This document shows positions 52,920-64,000 of a stretch of DNA of 64,000 bases, piece by piece; position 1 is the first letter of the stretch, and the number at the start of each line of letters is the position of its first letter. The stretch comes from Camelus ferus (taxonomy: Eukaryota), in assembly GCF_009834535.1 (NCBI RefSeq), contig NC_045697.1, positions 25,608,001 through 25,672,000 on the forward strand, written 5' to 3'. The position numbers and the translations under genes are program-made. A model generated the notes under the pieces. That model was not told the DNA's origin. It ran no database searches and saw only the letters and a list, made by a program, of their open reading frames with translations.

Positions 52920-53317
52920 TGTTATAGATTGAATGTGTCTGTTCCTCCAAAAGTCATGTTAAAGCTTTAACCCCAAATTGTGATTATATTTGGAGGTAAG
53001 GCCTTGAGGGGTATACAGGGTTAGATGATGTCACGAAGTTGAAGCCCCCATGATGAGATTAGTGATGAGATTTCTTCCTAGAAGAAGAAGAAGAAAAGCT
53101 AGAGCTTTCTTTCTTTGCTCACACACAAAGAGATCATGTGAGCACAAAGTGAGGTGATTACCTACAAGCCCCGAGGCCTCAGAATAGAACCTGCTTTGCC
53201 ATCATGGCACCTTGATCTGGGTCTTCCCAGCTTCGAGAACAGTGACAAACAAAATTCTGTTACTTAAGCCACCCAGTCCATGGTATATTGTCATGGCAGC
53301 CTGAGCTGCCTAAGCCA
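52920..53317 (+). mobile_element. MLT1A/MST-like MaLR solo LTR
   Basis: 'tgttatagattgaatgtg...' to 'ttaagccacccagtccatggtatattgtcatggcagcctgagctgcctaagcca'. Confidence 0.85.
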
Positions 53318-54811
53318 CTCCCAGAGATGACTGGGTTCTGAGTTGCAACAATTGCATGCTATGTAAGTCAGAGCAAGGTTTCATTTTAGCTCTTTTAAAC
53401 TTAGGGCTGTCTCCCCCTATGGAAGCGTATGGAATGGAAGATGAGATGATGATATTTTCTATATATAATTTTTACTATTTAAAATTAAATAATAAATAAC
53501 AAAATCCATTAAGTGTCTAGAACATCACAGAAATTTCTTTTACCTCCCACTAAACTTTCTCCTTGAAAATGCTAAACCAATCCTCCCATTTTTATTTTTT
53601 AAATTATTTTTCTGAAACAAATTATGTCTCCTTTTATTTTCTTGAAATATCCATACTATTACCTAAATACTCAGCTAATTGTTACAATAAATATTTTCAT
53701 GTCAAGTCAGAATAGAAAAGAAATTTAAGACATGCTCATTTTTAAAGTATGATTTGCATTCTCAAAAAATTAAGCAAAAATATTGCCTCGTATCCATAAA
53801 CATTTTAGCATTTATCAATCAAATCGGTGGAGGGAAACTAGGAAGGTGAGGTGTGAAATTTGGGATATGAAAATCAGGGACACTGAGGTTTGTTTCTGTG
53901 GTTTGCAACTTTCTTGAGTGTGAATTTCTGCCCCTAATTTAGGCATTGCTTGAATAATCAAAAATTGCTCTGATGACTAATGTATCATAGGACTCCCAAA
54001 TGATTTCCCAAACAGAAATTCACTTTTAAATTTTTGCTCCAGTATTTTTCCTGACTTTTAGATGTGCTATGTTATTTCCAATAACTCTGATGTATCTCTG
54101 ATTATGAAGAATTATTTCATTTGTACTGTTACTACATTGTAATATTATTTATTTGCTTTATCTGAATATTGCAATACCTAGGCACATTTTATTCTTTAGA
54201 AAGATTATTATCATCATGTGAACAATAAATCGCATTCTTCCACTAACATCCGCTCTATTCCATGAAGGCATAGTTTCTTTATTCCTCTAAAGAGGACAAT
54301 ATGTCATGAATAATGAAGTGTAAATCCCATTTGGGTCAGAGTTTCCGAAGTAAAGAGATGTGAAGAGACAAAAAGTGAGACTAACAACAGAAAGTACTTG
54401 TGTATCTTTTCATCTTCTAGCCTGTCAAAAACATGGAAGTTTGTACTGAACGCAATGTCTATAATTATAGTGCTAGTTGCCAAGAAGAGTTACTGTGTCT
54501 GTTAAAAAGATAATTACAGCTGCTTTACAATTCAAATCTGTGCGTTCAGTTACCTTGTGAAATCCAAATGAATGCTAATCTGACCTTATGTTTCCAAAAG
54601 GCACTATACTTTTTAACACTTTTAAAAAAATTGTTTTACTGAGGATGACAAACACCCTCACATCTTCAAAACGATTACACATAAAACAAGCACTTCAACC
54701 ACCACCCTGCACACAGTAAAGAATTTCAACCACCATAAAATTTATCTCTCTGAAGCACTTAACATTTTCACATGCTGCAGATACAACTGATTGGTCTACA
54801 ATTCAAACTTG

Positions 54812-55876
54812 GATGTATATGTCAGTGAGGATCTCAATAGAAAACAGATGGCACGCTCAAATTGGGTAATTCAAGGTGGCCTTCACAAGGGTAAATCAGG
54901 GGGAACTAGCATGGGACAATGCAATTCTGTGGGCTGGCAAGAGCTGGAGTCTTAATGTCCCTAGGTCTAAATGGGCAAGAAGAGGTAGCAGTTATCAGAA
55001 CCAAAGCAGTCAGAGCTGTCTGGAGAGGGCCACCTCACCAGGGTGTGGCCTTCCATAAAGATAGACACTCAATTCCCTGTGACCTGGTGGAGAGAGAGAA
55101 TCAAGATCACATATACCCTCACTTCCCTCACTTTTGACTTCTCATCTTCAGCTAATCCCCCCCCCCAGAGCAAATCCACTAGGAAGCCATAAGACAAAGG
55201 TGCAGATTGACACAGTCCATATGTCATAAAAGAGAAGTTTTGTGTTGTTGCAGAAAGAATTCAGAAACAAGACACAGAGGTCAAGAAAGCAAAGCAAGGA
55301 TTTATTAAGGGATAGACAGTACGCTCTCAAGGAAAGAGTGAGCAGACCCCGGTGGGTAGCTGCTCTGAGTTTCTTTGGCAAGCTGGTTATATGGGTGTGA
55401 AAATGAAGGGGCAGAATATTCATTGGCATGGAGGGGTTTGGGGTCATCTTTCCTGATCTTCGTTCCAGCTCCCCCTTCCTAAGAGGGGAGGAGGGATTTT
55501 TTGGTCCTTATTTAGTCTTGATTGGGAAGTCAGATGAGGACATAATGAACAAAAGGTTACATTCAGATAGAGGTCATAATGAATGACAGGTTACATTCAG
55601 ATGGTGGAGATTCCTGTCTTGTCCCACCTTTCTTTGCCTCCAGGACACTTGTCAACCCAGAATTTATGGTTTCTTATCAGTCCGGGGGATCTTGCTTTTC
55701 TTAGTCTGTCCAACGAGCCCCCTTGTTCACAAGATGTATGGTTTTCTGGCATTTGGCCCGTGTGCCCCTTTCTCTGCTCAGATCTAGCTATCTGACTGCT
55801 CTAACACATAGATGCCAGCCTTCTGGGGGCACAGAGCCGAATTAAGAAGGGTTAAGAGTGGAACTGGAGGAAGAAA
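54812..55876 (-). mobile_element. LTR33/LTR41-like ERVL LTR split by a younger LTR
   Basis: 'gaaaacagatggcacgctcaaatt' start; host sequence '...gacacagtccata|gatgccagccttctgggggcacagagc...gagtggaactggagg' rejoins across the insert. Confidence 0.7.
55222..55806 (-). mobile_element. ERV1-class solo LTR, copy 2 (related to 13930-14538)
   Basis: TG...CA termini, 4-bp TSD cata (55218-55221 / 55807-55810); shares 'gaggtcaagaaag...ggatttattaa' and 'tctagctatct' with copy 1. Confidence 0.9.
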
Positions 55877-56224
55877 AGGAAAATACTCAAGCAACACATA
55901 GTCAATTTGGAAATAATTTTCAAGTAACTCATTGCAATACACAATTTTCTGTAGTATTGTAATTACAATTTTTGTAAAGAGTTAACTTCAAAGTTACTCT
56001 GAATCATTTATAATAGGGCTAGTTTTCTAACTATTAAAAAATATAATTTACTAATGTTGCTTCATCTAATATGTCAAACAACTGAAAGGTAGAGGTGTAC
56101 ACACATTGTGTCTTTAACACACAGTGGTTCAGAGAATTTAAATGCATGTTTCTCTAAGCCACAGAACCAAGAAAGGAATAAACAATGAATGAAAGGGTGA
56201 ATGCTATAAAGTGAATGTTGGTCA

Positions 56225-56323
56225 TACTTCTCATGCTATGTACCGGACAATGTTTTAAGCGTATTAAATGTATGAACTCATTCAATCCAGGCAACATTAT
56301 ATGAATTACTTATTATTATTATT

Positions 56324-56375
<52 letters not shown>

Positions 56376-56500
56376 CTATTATCCATATTTCACAGGTTAA
56401 GTAAACTCCATCAGCGAACAAGCACCTTGTCCAAGGTCACAGCACTGGGGTCAGGATTCATCCTCAAGCCATTAGTGTCAAAGTGTGTGCATTAGATCAA
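56225..56500 (-). mobile_element. MIR containing a microsatellite
   Basis: 'gaactcattcaatcc...tatccatatttcacag...cttgtccaaggtcacagc'. Confidence 0.75.
56310..56375. repeat. Compound (TTA)5(TCA)17 trinucleotide repeat
   Basis: Direct reading. Confidence 0.95.
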
Positions 56501-58409
56501 AATTTTCATCAGAGTTATATTGGCTGGGTGACTTAAGCAAGAAGTAAACATCACAGAAAGAAATATTATGTTTAGATTCAAACGTTGGCTGTAAAATAAA
56601 TAGTAGATAGATGTCAGTGTGATGTGAATGGAATCTTTCTAAATTCAATGTATATTAAATTTTATAAATCCTATCAAGGGATCATTTAGTGATAATGTCA
56701 ATAAAATAGAGTTTTGTCACAAGATAATGATCTCCTGCTGTTACATACCCATGAACACGAAGCCAAGTTGTTTATTTTCAAAGCAGGAAAAGTCAATTCC
56801 AGAATTATGCTCTGTAGCAGTGACTTTAGTTCTATTATACAAAAATGATGCACTTTGATTTAATAATTTTGCCTGATGGATGTTTGAGAGGGAAAATGAC
56901 AGATGCTCCCGTGCCATTGTGAGCCAGAGGGTTCTGTCAGGATTAGAAAATATACCTGTTGTACGTTTTGCCTAATCAGAAACAGTCATCCATAAAAGTG
57001 ATGAGGTTGTACCCCTGCAGTAATCTGCACCTTTATGAATGAGATGATTTATGACCTGTTGAGGGTGCTGTGGTTTTTAACTTTAATCAGGGAATAGTGG
57101 TCAACCATGCAGCCATTCAGTCTAAAAGAGGAGGATATACATAGTACTTAAAAATTTAAACTGACAGCAAAACAAGTACAGAAGGGGTCTATTGCACTTG
57201 GTAATGATCATGACTCAACTTTCATTCTAACTCCAGATGGAACTGTAGTGATTTTTAACTAGGGTCCCAAATAGAAAGACATTTCAAAGTTTCACTTAGC
57301 CTGGAGTGTATCCAAAAACACCTAACTCCCACAACGACATAATAATACCTATCTGTGAGAACATAGTGAATGAAACCTTGCATTTTAATATTTGTGGTTG
57401 TTTTCCAAGTGTTTTCTGCATATTTATTCATTATTCATTTCATGTTTACAACCAACTGGAGAGTTAGACAACACTGTACTGGTTAGTTGAGTAAACTGAG
57501 GAATGAAAAGAGAAAAATCAATAAGAGCTGGGTGTTCTGATTCCTTCTTCATGTGCTTGCATCCAATTATATCCCAAAGCCCTTCTTTCTCGAAAAAGTA
57601 TCTTGCTATAGTTTACTCTTTTCTAAACAATGAAAACCAATGTAATCAGAAAGTGTGTTTTCAAATGCATTTCAAAGCTAAGGTACAAAACTGATTTATT
57701 TAGTCATTGCAAATCATTTTCAAATACATGGATATCCCTATTTTATAAAACTAAATACATTATTGATTAAGTAGTTAAGAATTGGTAGTCAAATTACAAA
57801 CCCTTTGTTTATAAAGTGAGTTTCAAAACATCATTCTTGGATTTGAGGTTAATAGCACCAGTCCTGAAGCAGTGCCCTGTAAGTAGCATGTCTCTTCCCT
57901 AGCCAACTTCTAAATGACTGAGAAACTGAACAAAGAGCTGATGAATGGGAACCAGAGAGTCACTGATGGGGCTGATGCTGTAGAATATGGTTTATATGTT
58001 TAAGAAAGTTGTCTTCCTGACACCAAACCCCAAATTTAGATAGATGTACTCACCCACTTGTACAGTACAAGAAACGGCAGTCCATGCCAGGTTGGAACTA
58101 ACCCTTTTAAGTTTAAGAGATGGATGGACAGAAGAGAATGGGTACTGAGGAGTCATTGCAAGAGAAAAGGAAAGACTGGCCTACAGATGGCTTTGTTTCT
58201 CCTTCCAAACTCACTCAAGACCAAATTCATTTCACTTCCTCTTAGTCAGAGTAAGTAAGGAGGGCATAAAAAGTCAGAACTGTTACCTATTAAAGTTCCC
58301 TTTCAAGGAAAACAACATGTTTCTTCCATTACCCATCACTACTCCTACACCTACACTTCTGCTAATATTTTCCCTGACAGAAAGAGTTACTCATACTTCT
58401 CCAACCTAG

Positions 58410-58910
58410 AGCAGGAAATACGATTTGCTGCATAAGAAATCATTCCAAACCTTAGTAGCTTAAATCATTAATGATGTGCAATTTCTTACCATTCTCTGTG
58501 TTGATCGGGCAGATCTCTCCCCATGGAAGTAGGTGAGATCACTCAAGCTCAGCAGGCTTGGCTGGGATTTCTCAGGAGACCTCTGTCTCATATCTGATGC
58601 CGTGGTGCCAATGGTGGACTCAAGTGCCTCTATTCTCCTCCACTTGGTCTCTTTCTAACAGCGTCAGCACCTTTCAACATGGTCTCTCTATCCAGAAGAA
58701 AGGCTTGAACTTCTTTACAACTAGTTGGAAAGAGAGCAAAAGTAGACACTTACAGGTCTTTTCAGGGCTGAATCCAGAACTACTTGCACAATAGCTCTTC
58801 TGTAACATTCTATTGATAGAGGCAAGTCACAGGTATAAAAGGAAGGGAAATACACTCCACCTCTTAATGGTTAAGATATACAAACAGAGATAGCATAAAT
58901 TGTTGACCAT
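58410..58910 (-). mobile_element. Old MLT1 (I/J/K-like) LTR
   Basis: 'ttgctgcataagaaatcattccaaaccttagtagcttaaa', 'cattctattgatagaggcaagtcacagg', 'actccacctcttaatgg'. Confidence 0.7.
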
Positions 58911-60100
58911 CAATTTGCAGACCAGCTTCTGCAAATCTCAGAGGAATTTCCCCATGATTCCATATGATGCCTAATGCTCTTTCCATCCCAGCCAGAAGAT
59001 ATCTACCCTCACAAGCATACGTTGCCTCTGACCCTCCTGCATCTGGGCTTTCCTTCCATGATTCTTTCACTTTATCCAGTATTCTAAAGCAATTCCATTT
59101 GATCTCCAGAGCTGGAAGGTTGATGCTAGATCACTGTGTGCATGGGACCACTCTTTGGGAGCAATTCTTTATTCCCTCTCCCTCATCCATTGATACAGAC
59201 ACAGCACTCCACCTTAAATTTTGACATATTATTCATCTTCAGCTGAAACTAACTTATTATTCTCAATAGATGTTTTTAACAAAAATAGTCATTTATTGAA
59301 ATCTATTGTATAATATTTTAAGGCAATATTTATAAGTAAATAGGCTTGGAAGTAAATTTCCAAATTTATTGGGAGTTAGTTTGAAATTCTGCAATTTAAT
59401 ATTTTCACTCCCTAAGATGGTGCTGTGATCATTGTTACATCCTTACTATATTCAGTTACTCTGAATTTTTCATTAATGGATTCAAGTTGGCAGTCATTCC
59501 GTATACATGATTCTAGTCCTTAGAACTTAAGTCAAAACTAACTTGAAAGCAATGCCATCATGTGTTACCCAGAGAGACAGGCTTCAAGAAAAGGTTGACT
59601 TCCACATTGTGCGTGTATAACAGGTAGTATTTTTCAATCTGTCTTTATGACTTTGAAGTTCACAATTTTATTTTAAAGAAAATTAAGAGAGAACCGGTAC
59701 CAAAAAAGCAGAGCCCCTGAAGGCAAAATAACAAAGACAGTGAAGAAAACCACAGAGACTGAAGGCTCCTATAGTTACAATTTCTTTGACTAGAGAATTA
59801 AAAATAGGCAGTGTGGCGAATCTGAGTCACCGCTCAGCAGTAATGTTGCTGTTACTGCTTCCAGTGAAGTCAAGAAACCAGCACATTCTAATGGGAAGAA
59901 AATGCTGAAGTGAATAATTTTGAGTTCTGCTGCCTGGTCCTCTGATACCTGCTCCGGATTCTTGGTGCTAAGTCATTTCTTCTCTGTCTTTAAGGATTTC
60001 AAATGGCTGTCTCTAACCTCAAACTTGGAACTCGGTATCTCTGTTCTCCTTGCTGAAAACATCAGTGACCCATACAAAGCAAAAATTCAAGAATACTCTC

Positions 60101-60535
60101 TGTATTAGCTGTCTGGGCTTCCATAACAAAGGACCACAAAATAAGGGCCTAAAACAATAAAAATTTATTGTTTCACAATTCTGGAGGCTAGAAGGCTGAA
60201 ACCAAGGTATTAGAAATGTTGTTTCCTTCTGAAAGCTGTAAAGAAAAATCTGGTCCAAGAATATCTTCCAGTTTTGGTAGCCTAAGATGCTCCTTAGCGG
60301 ACAGATGGCATTCCTTCTCTGTGGCTTCACATTGTGTTCTCTCTATGCACGTCTATCTCTGTGTGTCAATTTTCCCTTTTTATAAGTATACCCAGTCATA
60401 TTGGATCAGGGCCCACCCTAATGGCTCATCTTAATTTGACCATCTGCAAAAACCTTATTTCCAAACAAGTTTATATTCATATACTCGGGGTTAGGATTTC
60501 AACGTCTTTGGTGGGGACACAGTTCAATCAATAAC
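60101..60535 (-). mobile_element. MLT1B/C-like solo LTR
   Basis: 'tgtattag...tcacaattctggaggctagaag...cagtcatattggatcagggcccaccc...ggggacacagttcaa'. Confidence 0.85.
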
Positions 60536-61058
60536 CATCATGAGTTTGGAGAAAGTCCAAACTCCTAGGTACAGCAGAAGAGAGCTGTGACAACCTGCCC
60601 TCCGCTTTTCTCTTTAGGCTTACCTTTGCATACCCCACATCCCAGTCTATACTCCAGACCGTTGAACAGGTAGCACTGTAACTTCCCTGATTATACATTA
60701 CATCCTGTCTACAGGCCAATTAAAAAGAATAAAAGAGATTTCCTTGTGCCTCCCTAATTGTGATCTCTCCAAGTGTCTGTACTGAAATAGCCCATTTCAT
60801 TTTTGAGTTGGACACAATATTCACCTTGGCTGACTTTTCACCTGACTGCAAACTCTTCCAATCGTTCCCATCAATACTCACAAGCTCATGTCCTGTTTTT
60901 TATGTTTGTTCTAGGTGAGGTCATTTTGTACACATTCCCAAATCTCTGGTGCATAAGAAGTAAGAATTTTCGGTCAGGAATTTCAGAAAAGATTTTGATC
61001 TAAGGTGTAAGATATAAGCTTATGAACTGGCAGCTGCAGTACATTTCACTCTACAGAG

Positions 61059-61388
61059 CAAGGGTTGGCAGACTATGGTCCATGGGCCTATTTTGTTTGC
61101 CCCATTAACTAGAATGGTTGGTACATGTTTAAGTTGTTGAAAATGTAAGAACACTGTTGAAAATCAAAAGAACAAATCTATGTCATTACAAGTAAAAATT
61201 ACATTAAATTATAATTGTGGTGTCCATAAATAGAGTTTCATTAGAACACAGCTAAATTTGTTTATGTATTTTCCCTGGATGCTTTCACGCTACAGCAGAG
61301 TTGAGTAGTTGCAATAGAGATTACATGGTCCACAAAGCATCAAATATTTACCATTTAGTTCTTTCTAAAAATGGTTTGGTGGCCCCTT
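61059..61388. mobile_element. MER58B-like hAT-Charlie DNA transposon
   Basis: 'caagggttggcagactatggtcc' start, 'gcagagttgagtagttgcaatagaga', 'aaatatttacc...gtttggtggcccct' end. Confidence 0.8.
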
Positions 61389-62574
61389 ATATAAACTAAT
61401 AAGATAAACTAGAGATTTGGAAAGAGGAAGAGAGACGAACGAGCCAGCGAGAAGACCCAGGGAGAAAGAGAGACAGTCAAAGCTTACACTGAGCTCCAAT
61501 AGTGTCTAGTTCCTATCGTTTCTGAAATTCAACATTTGTAATCTTGCATTCCATGAGAAACACCAAATGAAATATAAAAACCAAATTTGTTGACTGTGAT
61601 TAAAAGTGTCCCCTGAAACACCTTTGCCTTTCCTCTACAGTTGACTCTAAGCTCCTTGAGAATAAGGATGAATTCATTTAGCATATTATCTCAAGTACAT
61701 TATTTAAGTCACTAAATAAGCATTCATTCAATGACTAAATACAGAAACAAACATATACTGATAATACTGAACTAAAGGTGTGGGGAGGGGTGGAGGAGCC
61801 AAAGAGGATGAAACCTCCCCACCTCATTCCTGAAGCACCAGTTTCTTCAAAATATGCTAGGAAGTATTCTAGAAGATCACACATACTGCTCTCTAAATCA
61901 ACTAGAGGTCCTCAACAAACAAACAAACAAACAAACATAGACAGTTATTGTCATTGTTGACCAAATGCAATGAGTTCCTGGGAAACACATTGGTGCCGTA
62001 ATGAGTCCGGGTGACAGTCTGGTTCTTGCTGTGTCTTTATATGAAGCCTATGTCTGGTGCATGCTGCATTTTCTATGACCTCTAAGTCATTACTCATCCA
62101 CCTTATTCCTATATTATACTCTCTGTGACTCTGAAGACCGCCATAAATATCCCCAAAAAAGAGAGCATATAGTATTGCCACCATCATTGCAAGTTTATGA
62201 ATTTTGAACATGAGGTTGCTAGTATGGGTAGTTCCTTTTTTGGGAAAAAACTACAAGCTGATTGAAAGTCAAATTATCTCCACTGGTAACAAGAGCTTTA
62301 GGTGCTTGAAGAGCTTCCCAAACTCATTTACCAAGCTATGGAATTCTGTGGGGCTCATAAACTTACCTTCCACTTAGTTTTAAAGTGTGATGTTGCTGCC
62401 ATAAAACCCTGTCTACTAATGCCAAGACAGTGGAAGCCAGCAAAACTTAAATCCAGCGTTGTCTTAAAGCATACAGATGATTACCAGCACAGCGTAACTA
62501 AAATCAATGTCAAAACCCAGTGAAATTGGTGGCTGCACTTTTCACTATTATCTTACTCTCCTGCAGCTCTGCAT

Positions 62575-62760
62575 AGACATTTTGGGCATGGGCTTTGGAA
62601 CTGAAAAGATTAGCTTTTGAAACCTGGCTTATGGTCTAGCTGTATAAATTTGGGAAAGTTATATAACTCCACTTAGCCTTAAGTAATGATACTAAAGTCA
62701 TAGAATTGATTCTAAAAGCACAGTTCATGGCAGGTAGCAATTAAAATTTGACAAATACAT
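62575..62760 (+). mobile_element. MIR fragment
   Basis: 'gcatgggctttggaac...ctagctgtataaatttgggaaagtta...aaagcacagttcatggcaggtag'. Confidence 0.6.
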
Positions 62761-64000
62761 AAAATTAAAGAGAGCCAGAGCCCTTCAAATTGTTCATCAT
62801 AAATATTTCTAAATAAGTCATCACTATATTGCATTATTTTAATCAAAATATGACTATAAAAGCCATGATGAAGTTAGCATGGTTTTATTTGTGCATGGTT
62901 TCTTTTGTCCTGTTAAACCTAGAATTCAAAAAGAGGAATGCAATAGTCAGTAATAAAAGTGTGATGCTGAAAATAAAAAATGGAGGGAGTAAACTGCCAC
63001 GGTTTGGGGCATTCAAGATATACAGCCTATTCAAGAGAAGTAGGTCATGATGGGTCATTTCAAATAATATCAAACAATGTCTCTGCATGGCCCTCGGTGG
63101 TAGAACAAATAGGTGGCGGCCCAAGAAGCAAAGATTATTTATAGATTATTTGTATGTTGCTGGGGTCAACATGTAGTATTCAGCATCATCAGTGGAGTAA
63201 ACACATTTCCTCAGTAAGTAATGAGATCCCTGATAATGTGGGCATTGATGACACTTGACCAAGCCATGAGAGAAGGGATTCAATCAAACATCAGAAAGCT
63301 GATTAGACCATTTGGCTTTTAAATTCCATTTCAGCCCTGAAATTTGAAGCCACTAAAAAAAAAAAATCTGTCTCATTATGAGTCTGTCCCAAATGGACCA
63401 TTTTTCAGAGATGTACAGATAGATTCAGAGACAAAGACAGCCATAGACATAGACACAGACATATATCTCCCATTTATCCCACTTATCTCTTTGGTAACCA
63501 AGTCTGTTTGGTAATAAAAGTCAGCCACTTCATCAAATGACTGCACAAAATCAAATATTTCAATTCAGTTCTCTTCTCCAGCAAATTTCTGTGGAACTCA
63601 CGAGTAATTCTAACATGGTCCATGATTCGTTCCTACTGACCTCTTGTTAACTCAATCAGTTGGTCCTCACAGCACAATGCTGCTGCCTCAGAAGACTGGG
63701 GAGCATTTTGTCATCTCACACTAGTTTCTTGTCAGTGCTCCTCCTCTTCTTACAGTATTTTATTAAAATTTAAGCTGGACAGCTACATCCTAAACAAGGT
63801 AAAGGTGATAATCAACAATTCATTTCCCAAATCTGGCTGATTCTTATGCTGAGTTCCATTTAAATGGACCTTTGCAGTCACTGCTTGCCCTGTTTCTCTT
63901 TAGAACTTCTACCTCAGTATCAGGGAAGGATCTGCTCCTTAAGCTCTCCGGTCAGTTTTTACTTCCAATTTCCTGTAAACAACTCTTGTTTGAGATGTAA

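Noticed and set aside
13930..55806. Two related LTRs as the ends of one provirus
   Set aside because: 41 kb apart, each with its own different TSD (ttgg vs cata), different U5 ends, and no gag/pol/env between them.
56268..56495. Poly-Leu/poly-Ser ORF
   Set aside because: Translation of the TTA/TCA microsatellite inside a MIR.
1..64000. CRISPR array, operon, CpG island or processed pseudogene
   Set aside because: Eukaryotic repeat-rich DNA; no regularly spaced repeat-spacer array, no extended CpG-rich region, and no mRNA-like segment with poly(A) and TSD other than L1 and SINE copies.

Overview
AT-rich, CpG-poor mammalian genomic DNA with no recognisable protein-coding gene. None of the listed ORFs is a credible gene; the only recognisable peptide is the LINE-1 ORF2 C-terminus at 18.7-18.9 kb. 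The repeat content points to a camelid (alpaca/camel lineage; inference): two tRNA-Ala-derived SINEs of Vic-1 type, young L1 3' ends and young ERV1 solo LTRs, with no Alu, B1, Bov-tA, PRE-1 or SINEC seen. The window is a mosaic of old eutherian repeats (MIR, L2, MLT1/MLT2, LTR33/41-like, MER5/58/81, L1M) and younger insertions with readable target-site duplications (TSDs). Repeat-free islands between them look regulatory: a ~97-bp degenerate tandem module at 16.7 kb, a POU/E-box/RFX cluster at 32.4-33 kb and a PBX-HOX-MEIS cluster at 56.8-57.1 kb. Weak, convergent hints suggest a long + strand transcription unit: candidate exons at 22.7, 28.1 and 44.7 kb, AG|GT motifs, a pre-miRNA-sized hairpin and a minus-strand bias of LTRs. 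Repeat subfamily names come from recalled consensus similarity, not a database search. Boundaries without TSDs are approximate.
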